Notes: generated by a model from the sequence alone, not told the origin. Shown: positions 1-11,489, counted from the first letter of the stretch. The stretch is DNA of 64,000 nt from Podarcis muralis (GCF_964188315.1 NC_135667.1:13268001-13332000), one strand, 5' to 3'. Numbers and translations are program-made.

Positions 1-822
1 TGGGATTTCACCCAGCACTTCCCTAAGTTTTATGAAGTCGGCTTTCTTAAAGTCAAGAAATTGAGTCCTAGTATGCTTGGCTGCTCCTTTCCGCTGTATA
101 GTAAACTTCAGAAGAGCATGATCACTCGTGCCTAATGATCCTTCCACTTCTACCCCACTAACCAGGTCATCAACATTGGTTAGGACCAGATCTAAAATGG
201 CTGTTCCTCTTGTTGCTTCTCCCACTTTCTGGACAATGAAGTTGTCTGCAAGGCCAGTGAGGAATCTGTTTGACCTTATGCTCTTGGCTGAGTTTGACAT
301 CCAACAAATATCCGGGTAATTGAAGTCCCCCATTACTACTATCTCCCTTCCTTTTGCATGCTTGGCCATCTGTTCCAGGAAGGCATCATCTATGTCCTCC
401 GTTTGGCTTGGGGATCTATAGTAAACTCCCACAATGAGGTCTCTGTTATTCTTCTCTCCCTTAATTTTGACCCAAATGCTCTCACTTTGGCTTTGAGATT
501 CTAAATCTTGGATCTCTTCACAGGTATACACATCCCTGACATATAACGCCACTCCTCCCCCTTTCTTGTCTGGTCTGTTTCTCTGAAATAGATTGTATCC
601 CTCCATTATTACATTCCAATCATGGGACTTATCCCACCAGGTTTCAGTGATGCCTATTATGTCATATTTAGTTTGCTGTACCAAGAGCTCAAGCTCATCT
701 TGTTTATTTCCCATGCTTTGCGCATTAGTGTACAGACATTGAAGTCCATTAATCATTCCCCCGTGTCTCTTATTTAAGGATTTTTTCCTCCCACCACTAG
801 GTCTGCATGCTGTTTGCTCCAT
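1..822 (-). CDS. CR1 ORF2 N-terminus (APE endonuclease), partial; frame open from the ORF1 stop region to base 1
   Basis: Hand translation: LYTNAQSMGNKQDELE, IGITETWW, KKGGGVALYV, VGVYYRSP, VMGDFNYP, ILDLVLTN, SDH; no stop codons. In-frame ATGs at 822 and 756. Confidence 0.9.
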   Translation of the reverse strand, partial: MEQTACRPSGGRKKSLNKRHGGMINGLQCLYTNAQSMGNKQDELELLVQQTKYDIIGITETWWDKSHDWNVIMEGYNLFQRNRPDKKGGGVALYVRDVYTCEEIQDLESQSQSESIWVKIKGEKNNRDLIVGVYYRSPSQTEDIDDAFLEQMAKHAKGREIVVMGDFNYPDICWMSNSAKSIRSNRFLTGLADNFIVQKVGEATRGTAILDLVLTNVDDLVSGVEVEGSLGTSDHALLKFTIQRKGAAKHTRTQFLDFKKADFIKLREVLGEIP

Positions 823-1088
823 TTGGTCTATGACATTTGGATGATCATCTTCATCAATTGATAGACTCCTACCTTCAGGAGCACTGTCTCCCTCCCCCAC
901 ATTAGTCAGTTTAAAGCCCTCCTGATGAGGTTTCTGAGATTTTTGGCAAAAACATTCCTCCCAACCGTTGTGAGGTGCAGCCCATCGCTTGCCAGAAGTC
1001 CATCTTCAAGAAACTGCAGTCCGTGATCTAAGAATCCAAACCGCTCCTGTTTACACCATTTGCGAAGCCAGCTGTTCACTTCCACTAT
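1..1088 (-). mobile_element. CR1 LINE, 5'-truncated inside ORF1, runs off the left edge of the window
   Basis: ORF1 esterase C-terminus VEVNSWLRKWCKQERFGFLDHG...DGLHL...RNLIRRALN* (stop 906-908), followed by an open APE endonuclease frame. Confidence 0.93.
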
Positions 1089-1101
1089 TTTGGGGGAGAA
1101 C

Positions 1102-2046
1102 TCATTTTTGTCCATGGACACAAGAACGGAAGAAGATGCAGTGATTCTTCAACCGAACCATAGCCTCCTTCATTTCCCTATTCCTTAGAGTATATATCAT
1201 AGGGTTGAGTGCAGGGGTGACTACGGTGTAGAATATGGAAGCCATTTTGTCCACACCAGAACTGGAGAAGGGTACAAGGTACACAAAGAGGCAGGGCACA
1301 AAAAAGAGGCTGACCACAGTCAAGTGAGAGCTGCAGGTGGACAAAGCCTTCCCTCCACTCTCCTTGAAGTGGCCTTGAAGGCTGACCAGGATGACACCAT
1401 AGGAGACTAGCAAGATAAGGAAGCAAACCAAAGAGAGGAGGCCACTATTGGCTGCCATGAGTATCTCAGTGCTGTAAGTATCAGCACAAGCCAATCTGAC
1501 CACCTGTGGGACATCACAAAAGAAATTGTCCAGTTTATTTGGTCCACAGAATGGGAGTCGAAGAACCAGGACCAGCTGGGTTCCGGTGTGGATGAGGCCT
1601 CCAACCCAACAGGATGCCAGGAACCTCCTGCAACGTGGGCGATTCATTCTGGTTGTGTACGTCAGTGGGTGGCAGATGGCCACATAGCGATCGTAGGCCA
1701 TAACAGTGAGGAGGAGCATCTCGGTACCCCCAAAGAAGTGAAGGAAGAAGACCTGGGCCATACAGCCACCGAATGAGATTGTCTGGCCATAATTTGCTCG
1801 GCCTGCCAACATCTTGGGGATAACCACAGAGCCCACAGAAGTATCAATGATGGATAAGTTAGCCAGGAAGAAGTACATGGGGGTCTGGAGGAGATGGGAA
1901 TCTGCATGCACAGTCACCACAATGAGGAGATTGCCCAGTAGGATTGCTGTGTAGGAGACTGAGACCAGGACAAAGAGAAGGAGTTGGATGGAGTGGGAGC
2001 GGGAGAGACCTAGGAAGACAAACTCAGTGACACTGGAAGTATTCAT
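1102..2046 (-). CDS. Olfactory receptor OR-1, class II family 4, OR4Q-like, 314 aa
   Basis: LLQTPMY, MAYDRYVAICHPL, GPNKLDNFFCDVPQV, KALSTCSSHL, PALNPMIYTLRN; N-glycosylation site NTS; splice acceptor cag about 15 nt upstream of the ATG. Confidence 0.95.
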   Translation of the reverse strand: MNTSSVTEFVFLGLSRSHSIQLLLFVLVSVSYTAILLGNLLIVVTVHADSHLLQTPMYFFLANLSIIDTSVGSVVIPKMLAGRANYGQTISFGGCMAQVFFLHFFGGTEMLLLTVMAYDRYVAICHPLTYTTRMNRPRCRRFLASCWVGGLIHTGTQLVLVLRLPFCGPNKLDNFFCDVPQVVRLACADTYSTEILMAANSGLLSLVCFLILLVSYGVILVSLQGHFKESGGKALSTCSSHLTVVSLFFVPCLFVYLVPFSSSGVDKMASIFYTVVTPALNPMIYTLRNREMKEAMVRLKNHCIFFRSCVHGQK

Positions 2047-3076
2047 AGAGGTGGCTGGATCTGAAGAGAGAAGAGACAAAGACATGTTAAGAGCCAGTAG
2101 TTCTTGTCCATCTTTTCCTCACTGTTCAAAGACATCACAGAATACCCTATTGTTGGGATTTACGTATAAGTATGACAAGAAAGATTAACCTCAGGTAATG
2201 ATATCCAGCAGACTTAATATATTTATCACATTACACAGTGATAAAGCATGTTTTTATTGCAATATCTTAGTTTAAATTATTAGCATAGAATGCAGAATAC
2301 TAACACAACTAGGCAGTGGATCCTCAAAGTTCCACAATGCATGACTTTATGGAACATATTGTTAGGAAGATTCATTGTAGTCTTTCCTGCCACACCAGCA
2401 ACAAAGAAATTTTTTTAAAGGAAAGGAAAGAAATCACATGGACCCAACCCCTTTCTGTGTTCTGATAATCTTCCCTTCTCACCCTAAAGCAAGTAACACC
2501 TTCACCATGCTTTCAGCCACCCTTCTCTTTCCCTGACAAACCTAATCATGTCTTAGTTCATATTCAGTGTGTTTTCAGGCATAAGTTTAGAGAAATGGGT
2601 GTTTAAGTCTTTCTTCTGTTCAAACTATTTTATTAATTTTGCTCAACATCTCTAGTGAATGCACTCAAAAGAGTACCAGAACTGAGTATCAGAGCCATGT
2701 TAACATTGCCAGCTTTCATGCAAACCAAAGCATTTTTGCCTCTGTAGAGATCCCACAAATCCCACAAATTATATCTTACCCTGAAAAAAAATGCAATCAT
2801 GGCTTGGACTATCAGCCTCCATAGTGCCTAGTCTTCTGTGCTTCACTTGACCCTGAAGCTATCATCAAAACCTGTTTGCTGCTCAAGGAGCTACTCTTGG
2901 CGATCAGACAAAGAGCAAATACAAGAACCAAAAGATTAATGCAATAAATTATTTGACCAACGTGTCTTGCTGTGTGTATTCCTATCCATTTCTACTTAGA
3001 AGTCCTATTGAGTCCAGTACTCCCAGGAAGTTTGGATCAGATTGTAGGCTTAAAAACCTGCAGCCTATACTCAAAC

Positions 3077-3295
3077 TCAAGACGAAAGGGAGAAACATGC
3101 TAAGGGGAAGGCACGCTTAGAAAACCCTCACCATGATCAACTCCTGCCTGGAAACCAATGTCCCCACTGTGGAAGGACGTGTGGATCCAGAATTGGCCTC
3201 CACAGTCACTTTCAGACTCACTTTTAAAACCGTGTTCATGAAAGACAATCTTACTCGGCTACCGGTGATCACCAAAGAAGAAGAGAAAGAAGACT
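3077..3295 (+). mobile_element. RTE-clade (non-BovB) LINE 3' fragment
   Basis: Encodes CPHCGRTCGSRIGLHSHFQTHF*, the C-terminal Cys/His motif of RTE elements, then a short 3' UTR and a GAAGAA-type tail. Confidence 0.7.
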
Positions 3296-3985
3296 GTCAG
3301 TATTGACACACATTACACAAAAACCTGTCTATTTATATTCTGCAACTGTTTGGATGGCCAGTGACTATTTTGCCAATTTAAAAGTTGAGGGGGAGTCTCA
3401 TTCAGATACTAATACAGTAGATTCATGCCATGTCAGTCCATTTGCAGTATCGCCAGCACTGACTCGTTTTCATATAGGTGCTTTCATACAGGAGTGTTTC
3501 CAAGTAATACCTTGAATAGAAACTGGAAACTTTCACATACAACATGTGCACTCTACACCTGAGTTTCAACCCCTGCCTAGTATCAACCCATTTTAGTGTA
3601 ACTAACAATGCAAGCAGTAGCAATTTGTGGGAAGGAGTGATAATGCTTACCTGACTTTCCATCACTAGAATCACTGTAGCTTACTGGGAGGGAGAGGAGA
3701 GTGGAGAGGGGCCTGGCAGGTCAGTGTGGTGCAAACAAACCAGCAGAACTGCCAGAATGCATCAGCAGAACTACTGGTGCATTGGTACCATGCCATGTTC
3801 CTTGCAGTCTTTCCCTCTCCCATCTGGTAGGCCATAGTGAAGCTGGTGGAAGCTCAAATAACCAATCAATCAGTTTATTACGGTCAGAGACCAGGAAGCT
3901 CCCTTCTTACCCACTCTGAATGCAACAAATAAACCATTTCAGAGTTAGAACTTCATTGGAATGTGTTCTTACAGTCACACATATA

Positions 3986-4153
3986 CCGCATTTTTCCATG
4001 TATAAGACTAAGTTTCCCCCCTAAAAAATAATGTCAAAAATTAGGGGGTGTCTTATACATGGAGAGTGGTGAGGGTGGATTTTCTTAAACCCGAGTCCCC
4101 CAAAATAGGGGGCATCTCATACATGGGGGAATCTTATAGACAGAAAAATACGG
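3986..4153. mobile_element. Tc1/mariner-type MITE
   Basis: Inverted ends ccgcatttttcc / gaaaaatacgg with TA at the left flank; internal inverted gtataagac / gtcttatac. Confidence 0.6.
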
Positions 4154-6011
4154 TTACTTAGGCATGCAAGGACACCATCAGAGCAATGCTGCATGTCTGG
4201 GTTACTGAGCACACTCGGTTCCAAATCTCTTTTTTGCAATAAGCAGATATGTCTTCTCACTAAGTTCATGTATCCAGTACTTCAGTGATCTAGTGCTCCC
4301 ACAATAAAGCCCTCACCTCATATCCAGCAGCTTGAGAAAATATTGGAACCCCAATACAACAACCTCCGGTGCCACCTCAATGGTATCTTTCTTTCATTCA
4401 ACATTCTACTCCTTTTCTCACATACCTTGTTCTCAGTCAGCATTGATCTGCTTTAGGGTGCCCTTCTGTATTGTTGGTCTCCAGAGATTGCACTTCAAAG
4501 GTGAAGAAAGATTCAGAAGAAAAAAGTTAACGCTAAAGGGAAATAGGAGGGGAAAAGGAAAAAAATATTACTAGTTTTCTATTATTTCTTTATAACGTGA
4601 CCAACATCAAGGCTTGAGGGCAAGGAATGAATTACCTTACACAAGTGTTAAGTGTGGACTATCAAAACAGAATTCAGGAATCCAGATTCCCAACCTTTGC
4701 CAAACACAAGCATAAGAACAAAGGTCAATCTACCATCCAATCTTCTTACAGCAATAGGCAGGCAGATGCCTTCAAAAGCTCAAGGACAGCATAATGGGTT
4801 TATCAGCTTTATTCGAACCTACCATTTCATTTTAAACCCTAGTTTTCTTTCCCTCTATTCTAGAGATCAGCAAAGCCTGTTCATTGTAGCAGCTCAGAGT
4901 ATTCCTCACCCAGGGCTACTGGAAAAACCTCCAGACTGTAATTTGGAGAACTAGATGTAACCATTCATTGCCTTTTTCTGCTTCCAGTACTGGACACCCA
5001 GCAGTCTCTCTAACTATGGAACAAAGTATCCTGCAGTTTCTCTCTATAGTGGGAGTAGAAACACATCTATAATATTTCAGGAGCTGGTGATTATACTCTG
5101 GGGGGCAAGGGGCAGATCCCAGGTCCCTTTCAGATACCTTTGCCAAAAGAGTTTATTGCTGAATCAATCATAGAGGAAGCACCAGGAGCCAAAAATCTCA
5201 AGTCCCTTTTGTCTCATGTATTTCACAGAAAATTTAGGAAGGTGGCCAAAAGCCAAAGAGACTGCATAATGCAATGAATATAACTATGCAACAACAAACT
5301 CACAGAGGTTCTATGCTATCTGGAATATCAAAACGTTGGTGCAGAAGGCACCCACTGAATATCTATTGGCAGGATGTTCTACAGGACTGGGCTGATGGCT
5401 GTAAAGGCTCGATTTCTCATTGTTGTAAAACAAGACTCATCAACTCTGGGAGAGACCAAAAATGCTCCTGCACCTTGTTGGAGTAAGATAGCTCCAAGGC
5501 AATTGGACCAATGATTCTTAGCCTAATACAGCAATGCATTGTTGCCTAGTTGCAGCAATATGTGGATATCAGAGCATCACCAGAGCAAGGGTTACCCAGG
5601 GTCCCACTCAGAGATTGGGACATTGTGCAACAATACATTTCAGGTCTGTTTGCTCCAGACCATTGCAGTTACACTGTTCCTAGCTCATCAGTGAGCCTGG
5701 TGCTCTAATGCAAACTGAATTCTACTTTTGAATGTTATATAATGAAAAATACAACTTTACCAATATAATTTTTCAAAGAAGACAAACAACTTTATTAAAC
5801 AAATAAAATAATGTCATTTATAATGTTTTTAAACCATGAATATGCACAACATTTTTGTCATATCAACAGTTCAAATACCATTGCATTCAAACAATAAGGT
5901 AAGAATGGCTAAGCAGTGGTCCTCTGAATATTGTTGGACTACAATTCTCATCACAGTAACCATGGGCTACACTGGTTGGACACATGTCCAACAACATCTG
6001 GAAAGCCACAG

Positions 6012-6016
<5 letters not shown>

Positions 6017-6051
<35 letters not shown>

Positions 6052-6205
6052 TTTACATTTCATACCCCACCCATCTGGCTTGGTTTCCCCAGCCACTCTA
6101 GGTGGCTTACAGCGCAAATATTCCTGCCACTACCAGGAAGGTCCTCTGCCTGGTTCCCTGTAACCTCACTTCTTGCAGTAAGGGAACTGCCAGAAGGCCC
6201 TTGGA
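6017..6205 (-). mobile_element. L2 LINE 3' fragments with (TAA)n tail
   Basis: (taa)n run, then tttccccagccactctaggtggcttac and ctctgcctggttccctgtaacctcac, matching the reverse complement of the L2 copy at 36.8-37.2 kb. Confidence 0.7.
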
Positions 6206-6320
6206 GCTTTATAAAAAGCTTATCAACCAACCACACATCCATCAAGAAAGCAGGAGAGGTCTGGGAGTTATTAACAGATACATGTTTTGGGGAGAGAGTT
6301 CAACTTTCTCCCATCACAGA

Positions 6321-7244
6321 TCAATGGGAGAAAATGCACTGGTTTTTCAACTGGCCCATAGCCTTCTTCATGTCCTGATTCCTGAGAGTATATATGATAG
6401 GGTTGAGTGCAGGGGTGACTACAGTGTAGAATGTGGAGGCTATTTTGTCCACACTGGTGTTGGAGAAGGGTACAAGATAGACAAAGAGGCAGGGCACAAA
6501 AAAGAGGCTGACTACGGTCAAGTGAGAACTGCAGGTCGACAGAGCCTTCCCTCTACTCTCCTTGAAGCGGCCTTGTAGGCTGACCAGGATGACACCATAG
6601 GAGATTAGCAAGATAAGGAAGCAAACCAGGGAGAGGAGGCCACTGTTGGCTGCCATGAGTATCTCAGTGACGTAGGTATTGACGCAAGCCAATTTGACCA
6701 CCTGCGGAACATCACAGTAGAAATTGTCCAGTTCATTTGGTCCACAGAATGGGAGTCGGAGGACCAGGATGAGCTGGGTGGCAGAATGGATAAGACCTCC
6801 AATCCAGCAGGATGCGAGAAGTCTCATGCAACGTTGGCGGTTCATTGTAGTTGTATATCTCAGTGGGTGGCAGATAGCCACATAACGATCATAAGCCATG
6901 AGAGTGAGAAGCAGCATCTCGCTACCCCCAAAGAAGTGAAGGAAGAAGACTTGGGCCATGCAGCCTCCATAGGAAATGGTCTGGCCATAGCTAACCAGGT
7001 CTGCCAGCATTTTAGGCACAGCCACAGAAGCCAAGGAAGTGTCAAGAATGGATAAATTAGACAAGAAGAAGTACATGGGGGACAGAAGGAGGCGGGGCTC
7101 TGCATGTACAGTCACCACAATGAGGAGGTTGCCCACAAGGGTTGCTGTGTAGCAGGCAAAGACCAGGACAAAGAGAAGGAGCTGGATGGAGTGGGAATGG
7201 AAGAGACCAAGGAGCACAAACTCAGTGACACTGGAAGCATTCAT
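6321..7244 (-). CDS. Olfactory receptor OR-2, family 4, OR4Q-like, 307 aa; paralog of OR-1
   Basis: LLLSPMY, MAYDRYVAICHPL, GPNELDNFYCDVPQVVKLAC, KALSTCSSHL, PALNPIIYTLRN; acceptor cacccag upstream of the ATG. Confidence 0.95.
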   Translation of the reverse strand: MNASSVTEFVLLGLFHSHSIQLLLFVLVFACYTATLVGNLLIVVTVHAEPRLLLSPMYFFLSNLSILDTSLASVAVPKMLADLVSYGQTISYGGCMAQVFFLHFFGGSEMLLLTLMAYDRYVAICHPLRYTTTMNRQRCMRLLASCWIGGLIHSATQLILVLRLPFCGPNELDNFYCDVPQVVKLACVNTYVTEILMAANSGLLSLVCFLILLISYGVILVSLQGRFKESRGKALSTCSSHLTVVSLFFVPCLFVYLVPFSNTSVDKIASTFYTVVTPALNPIIYTLRNQDMKKAMGQLKNQCIFSH

Positions 7245-8017
7245 GGAGACGGCTGGACCTGGGTGGGAGAGAGGCAAGAAGGTGTTACTATTAGCACCTC
7301 TAGACAATCTATTCCATGCTGTTCAAAGACAGCACAGAACAACTTCCTATTGTGATCTATAAGTATTACAATCAAAAATAACATCATATAATTATATTCA
7401 GTAAAGTTAATTCATTTTATTGCATTGCACAGGGACATATTATTACAACATATCTATTTAATGGATTATAACACAGAGTATAAACTCAGTTAGGGCATCC
7501 TCAAAGTCCCTCAACATATTGCCAAAATGTTGCCATGTGCCGGTACTTAGAATTCTAGCTAAACCATTCCATTTTCCTCTCACCATTGTTTCCTTACATG
7601 ACCATTGTACACCATCAATGCTCTTTGGGTTGTTTAGGGCATTCCTCCCACCACATTGTGGAGCTTCTTTCTTCTTCTACAATTTCATGCCTACATCTGC
7701 TCTCCCATCCCTCTTGTGCATGGCTGGTGTCATCTGACTATAAAATGAATGACACTCAGCCTAAAGTTCAGGGAATGATAATAGCTAATTTCCCCTATCC
7801 ACTAGCATCAAGTTATTCATTAGTGGAAGATTCAAAACTCAGAAGATTCAAAACTCAATCTTCAATTAATCTTCCCCCCCAACCCCCCCATATCAGCCAT
7901 ATCAGCCCGCCAGTTTCACTAGGCCCTGAAGCTATCATCAAAATACATTTGCTACTGAACTAGCTAAAGAGTGAATATATGACTCAAGATTTACACACAT
8001 CAAGAGACTGATGCAAG

Positions 8018-8149
8018 CAGGGCTTTTTCCAGTGGGAGCTCACCAGAACTCAGTTCTAGCACCTCTCAAGTGGGCGCCATTGTCATGATAAGAGAACAAG
8101 GGCGTTCATGGTGAGTTTTGGCACCTCTTTTTCTAGAAAAATAGCACTG
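8018..8149. mobile_element. hAT-type MITE
   Basis: Ends cagggcttttt / aaaatagcactg; 8-bp TSD gatgcaag / gacgcaag; absent from the paralogous OR-1 upstream region (~2940). Confidence 0.75.
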
Positions 8150-9088
8150 GACGCAAGTAATTATTTGATTCAAGTGTCTTGCACTGTTGCAAACCTTTCC
8201 ATCTCTACACAGAAATATATCCTATTACATTCCATAGGACCTACTCCCAAGCAGTGTGGATAGGATAGAAGCTTGGATTATCTGATGGATAAATAATTCA
8301 TTGTCAGTTACTACCAGTAAACGTACATTAAATTAGAAGCTGTTTATATTCCGTAATTGTTTGGTGGCCAATTGTTATTTTGTCAAAATGAAAGCTGGGG
8401 AAAGTTCTAATTCGGATGCTCAATGCAGCAGGTCCAGGTACATGGGGACATAGGAAACTGTTCCATACCAAGTCAGGGCATTAGTTCACTCAGCATTGGT
8501 TCACCAGCAATTAAAATAGGACCCCCCCCCCATCCTTACCTTGAGATGCCAAGGAAAGAACATGGGAGCTTTTTCATGAAGAAAATATTCTTTACAAGCA
8601 CATCCTAACAACCCATGTCAGCATTATCAGGTTCAGAGCAATATGCCATCCCAACCACAGCCAAGAGCTAAGAATGCAGTGACACTGCCCAAACAACCCC
8701 TGGGACACTGAACATACTCAGCTCCAAATATCTTATTTTCTGTGAGCATTATCCCTCAATACCTTCTTCTCACTAACGTCAAGACATACATCAATGGCCT
8801 AGTGCCCCCCTCCCAGAATGAAGATCCCACCATCTCCAGCAGCTTGAGAAGATCCTGCAGCCCCAATACACAAACATCTGATGCCCACTTAAGAAAACCT
8901 TTTATGGCTTCAAGTCTCCCTCCCATTTCCCATGTACTGTTTTTCATTAAGCAGCACTGATCTGTCTTAGAATATTCTCCAGGGTCGTTTGTCTCCTGAG
9001 ATAGCACTGCTGGGAGGAATAAGGATTCAGGGCAAATGTGTTAAGCATTGAGGAAAAGGGGAGGAAAAAAGAGGTCCTTTTGGAGAGA

Positions 9089-9264
9089 AGGACCATAGCT
9101 CAGTGGTAGAGCTATGGTCCCATATTCAATTCTTGGCAAAGCCAAACATGGCTGGGAAAGATTCCTGGTCTTAAACCCTGGAGAGGAGCTACCAGTCAGA
9201 GTGGACAATGCTAAGAAAGACAGACCAATGGTTTGATTTAGCATAGGTCTGCTTCCTATGTTCC
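9089..9264 (+). mobile_element. tRNA-derived SINE, Squam2-like
   Basis: Head tagctcagtggtagag, body ccctggagag..ccagtcagagtggacaat, tail gcttcctatgttcc. Confidence 0.65.
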
Positions 9265-9973
9265 CTCTGCTCCTGGTCGTCTTGGGCTTTTTTCCACAAC
9301 AAGGCCACCATCAGAGCTTAAGAGCAGGCAATATATCACTCACAAGAGAATCAAGTCAGAAATGTTGAAATCCTGATCCTCAGCTTTTCTGTTCACTCTT
9401 AAGCAAAAGCATAGGAATTGGTCTGTCTTCCTGGATTCAACCAAAGGTCCATCTCGCTGAGCAGTCTGTTTACAGTAATGGTCAGGCAGATGCCTTCAAA
9501 AGCTGTCAAACACAGCATTTTCTTTCTTTGTCCCTAATCATTCCTACTATCATTTCCAATGCCCTCTTTATTTCTAAAGCCATGAGTCAGAGATCAGAAA
9601 TACTTCCTCATGGTAGTAGCTCAGATGATTCATTATCCAGGGGTGTAGGTAAAATACACAGACTATTCTTTGGAGAACCAAGAACACCCATAGCAGTTAT
9701 CTTTGCTGTAGTCACTCTACCAAGGAAACTGGTGACGTGCTCATTTTCTCTACGGTGAACCAAGATACACACCTGGAATATTTCAGTGGCCTATGATTAT
9801 GCCCTGGGGGAAAGGGGTCACAGAGGTAGATCCCGGATCCCCATGCAGATGCCTTTGCCAATAGAGATAATTGCTGGATCATAGAGATAAGGCTAGGTGC
9901 CAGAAATCTTGAGTCCCTTTTGTTTTGTGCACTAGGAAGAAAATGTAGGTGTGAGATCAGAATCCAAAGAGAC

Positions 9974-10376
9974 TGTGAAGTTTGGAACTTAACTGGTTAA
10001 GAAGTTCCCATGATGCCTCAACATTCTGACGTCAGCTGTAGAAGCTGGGAGGAGCTGGGAGGAGTTTCTGTTCTCTTCCTCCTGGGTCTTTGAGGGGGAA
10101 AGTCGCAGTCCGTAATGGCTGCAAGGAGCCCAGGAGATCCCTGGGGGAATGTCGGAATAAAGAGCTGAAATGGACAAACCTGGACTCTGTGTTTGTCTGG
10201 AAGCTAATTGAAGGACGTGACAGTTTCACCGCTGTGCTCAACTCTGCTACTGGCGTGACTGGAGCTGACTGAGAGCGTGCGCAGGGGAAGTGTGCCGGGC
10301 GGCCATAAAAAAGCTAATTGTGGACCAATAAATCAATTAGCGGGGGTCGCGGGGTCCCAATATATCTATTGCCACA
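9974..10376 (+). repeat. 5' LTR (403 bp, TGTG...CACA)
   Basis: Direct repeat of 12674-13066; contains tgacgtca (10027-10034) and aataaa signals; immediately followed by the PBS. Confidence 0.92.
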
Positions 10377-11489
10377 GGTTATGGGTACTAATCACCGCTT
10401 GTAAAACTGTCACTGGAAGTGCCGGAATACGTTTGAAGTTGGCGATCTGAGAAACGGAAGCTGGCCGGAGGTCGGAGGCTGCTTTCAGTGAGTCTCGCCT
10501 GATGTCGAGGGATTTTGCCTGGTGTTAAGAGGCAAGGGGAGCTGCGGAGCTAAAAGCAGCTGGCTGAAAAACGCAAAGTGTTTGCCTGTGCTGAGGAATC
10601 GTTTCTCCACGGAAGGGAGTGCCAGAGGAGCTTGTGAACTGTAAGTACAGCTTGGGGCCTCTTGGGAGAACGGAAGAGGATGGCAGGCTGCCAGGTCTTG
10701 GAGGACATTCCATGCTCACTTTAAGAAGTTGGGCAACCTGGCTGCTGATCTGAAGTCTACTGTTCTGGGTGCCAGGAAGCCAGAGGCCGTTTGCCTAGTG
10801 CTCCAGGGAGTTTGTGAGGCTGGAGGCGGACAGCAAGGGCCGGGAGATGGCTGCTTCAGAACAGAAAGGCAAGATGGCGCTGACCACCTTCATGAGAGCC
10901 GGTGCACAGCTGGGAAGGGCTGTGGGCCCCAGAGGGGGGGGGGCGAAGGTTTCCAAAGGCAAGTTTAAGAAGCGTGCTGGAATTAAGTGGAGGTTCAGAG
11001 TGGGCGGAGCTGGCAAGGAGTGCTTTTCCGGAAGAAGGAGAAGGAGGCCAGCTGGGAGGAGCCCAAGGCAGTGATTTTCCACTGGAGTTCAACATCTGCG
11101 TGAGGAGCTTGGAGAGAGGCAAGCTGCTGGGAGCCCTTTATCTACCACTGGGGGTGCAGGAAAGCGTCCTGGGAGCCCTGGGAGCAGTGGGGGGGGCGGT
11201 GAGCAGTAAAAGCACAGAAAAGCCTTTTTTTCCAAAGGCTGCCAAGAGATGTTTGCGTCAAAAGTCGAGGCCTGGGAAACAGGACACAGCTACAGGCTTC
11301 AAGGCCAGCCATCTGCTGCAGAGGGAGATACGTGCTGCAGAGTTGTCTGGGAACTCTGAGATAAGTCCAGTCTTCAGAGCAACGCAGGATGTTGCGGTTT
11401 CGGACGCTGCCAAGGACAGAGGCAGCGGGACGTTTGTTGCTTCTATGGCAACTGTGAAGAACAACTCCAGCCAGGACACGGTGACACGC

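Noticed and set aside
5836-6378. 180-aa ORF with a poly-Ile run
   Set aside because: The run is the (TAA)n L2 tail; the rest is L2 and antisense OR-2 sequence
9989-10272. Three ORFs repeated identically at 12689-12972
   Set aside because: They lie inside the two LTRs; repetition reflects LTR identity, not genes
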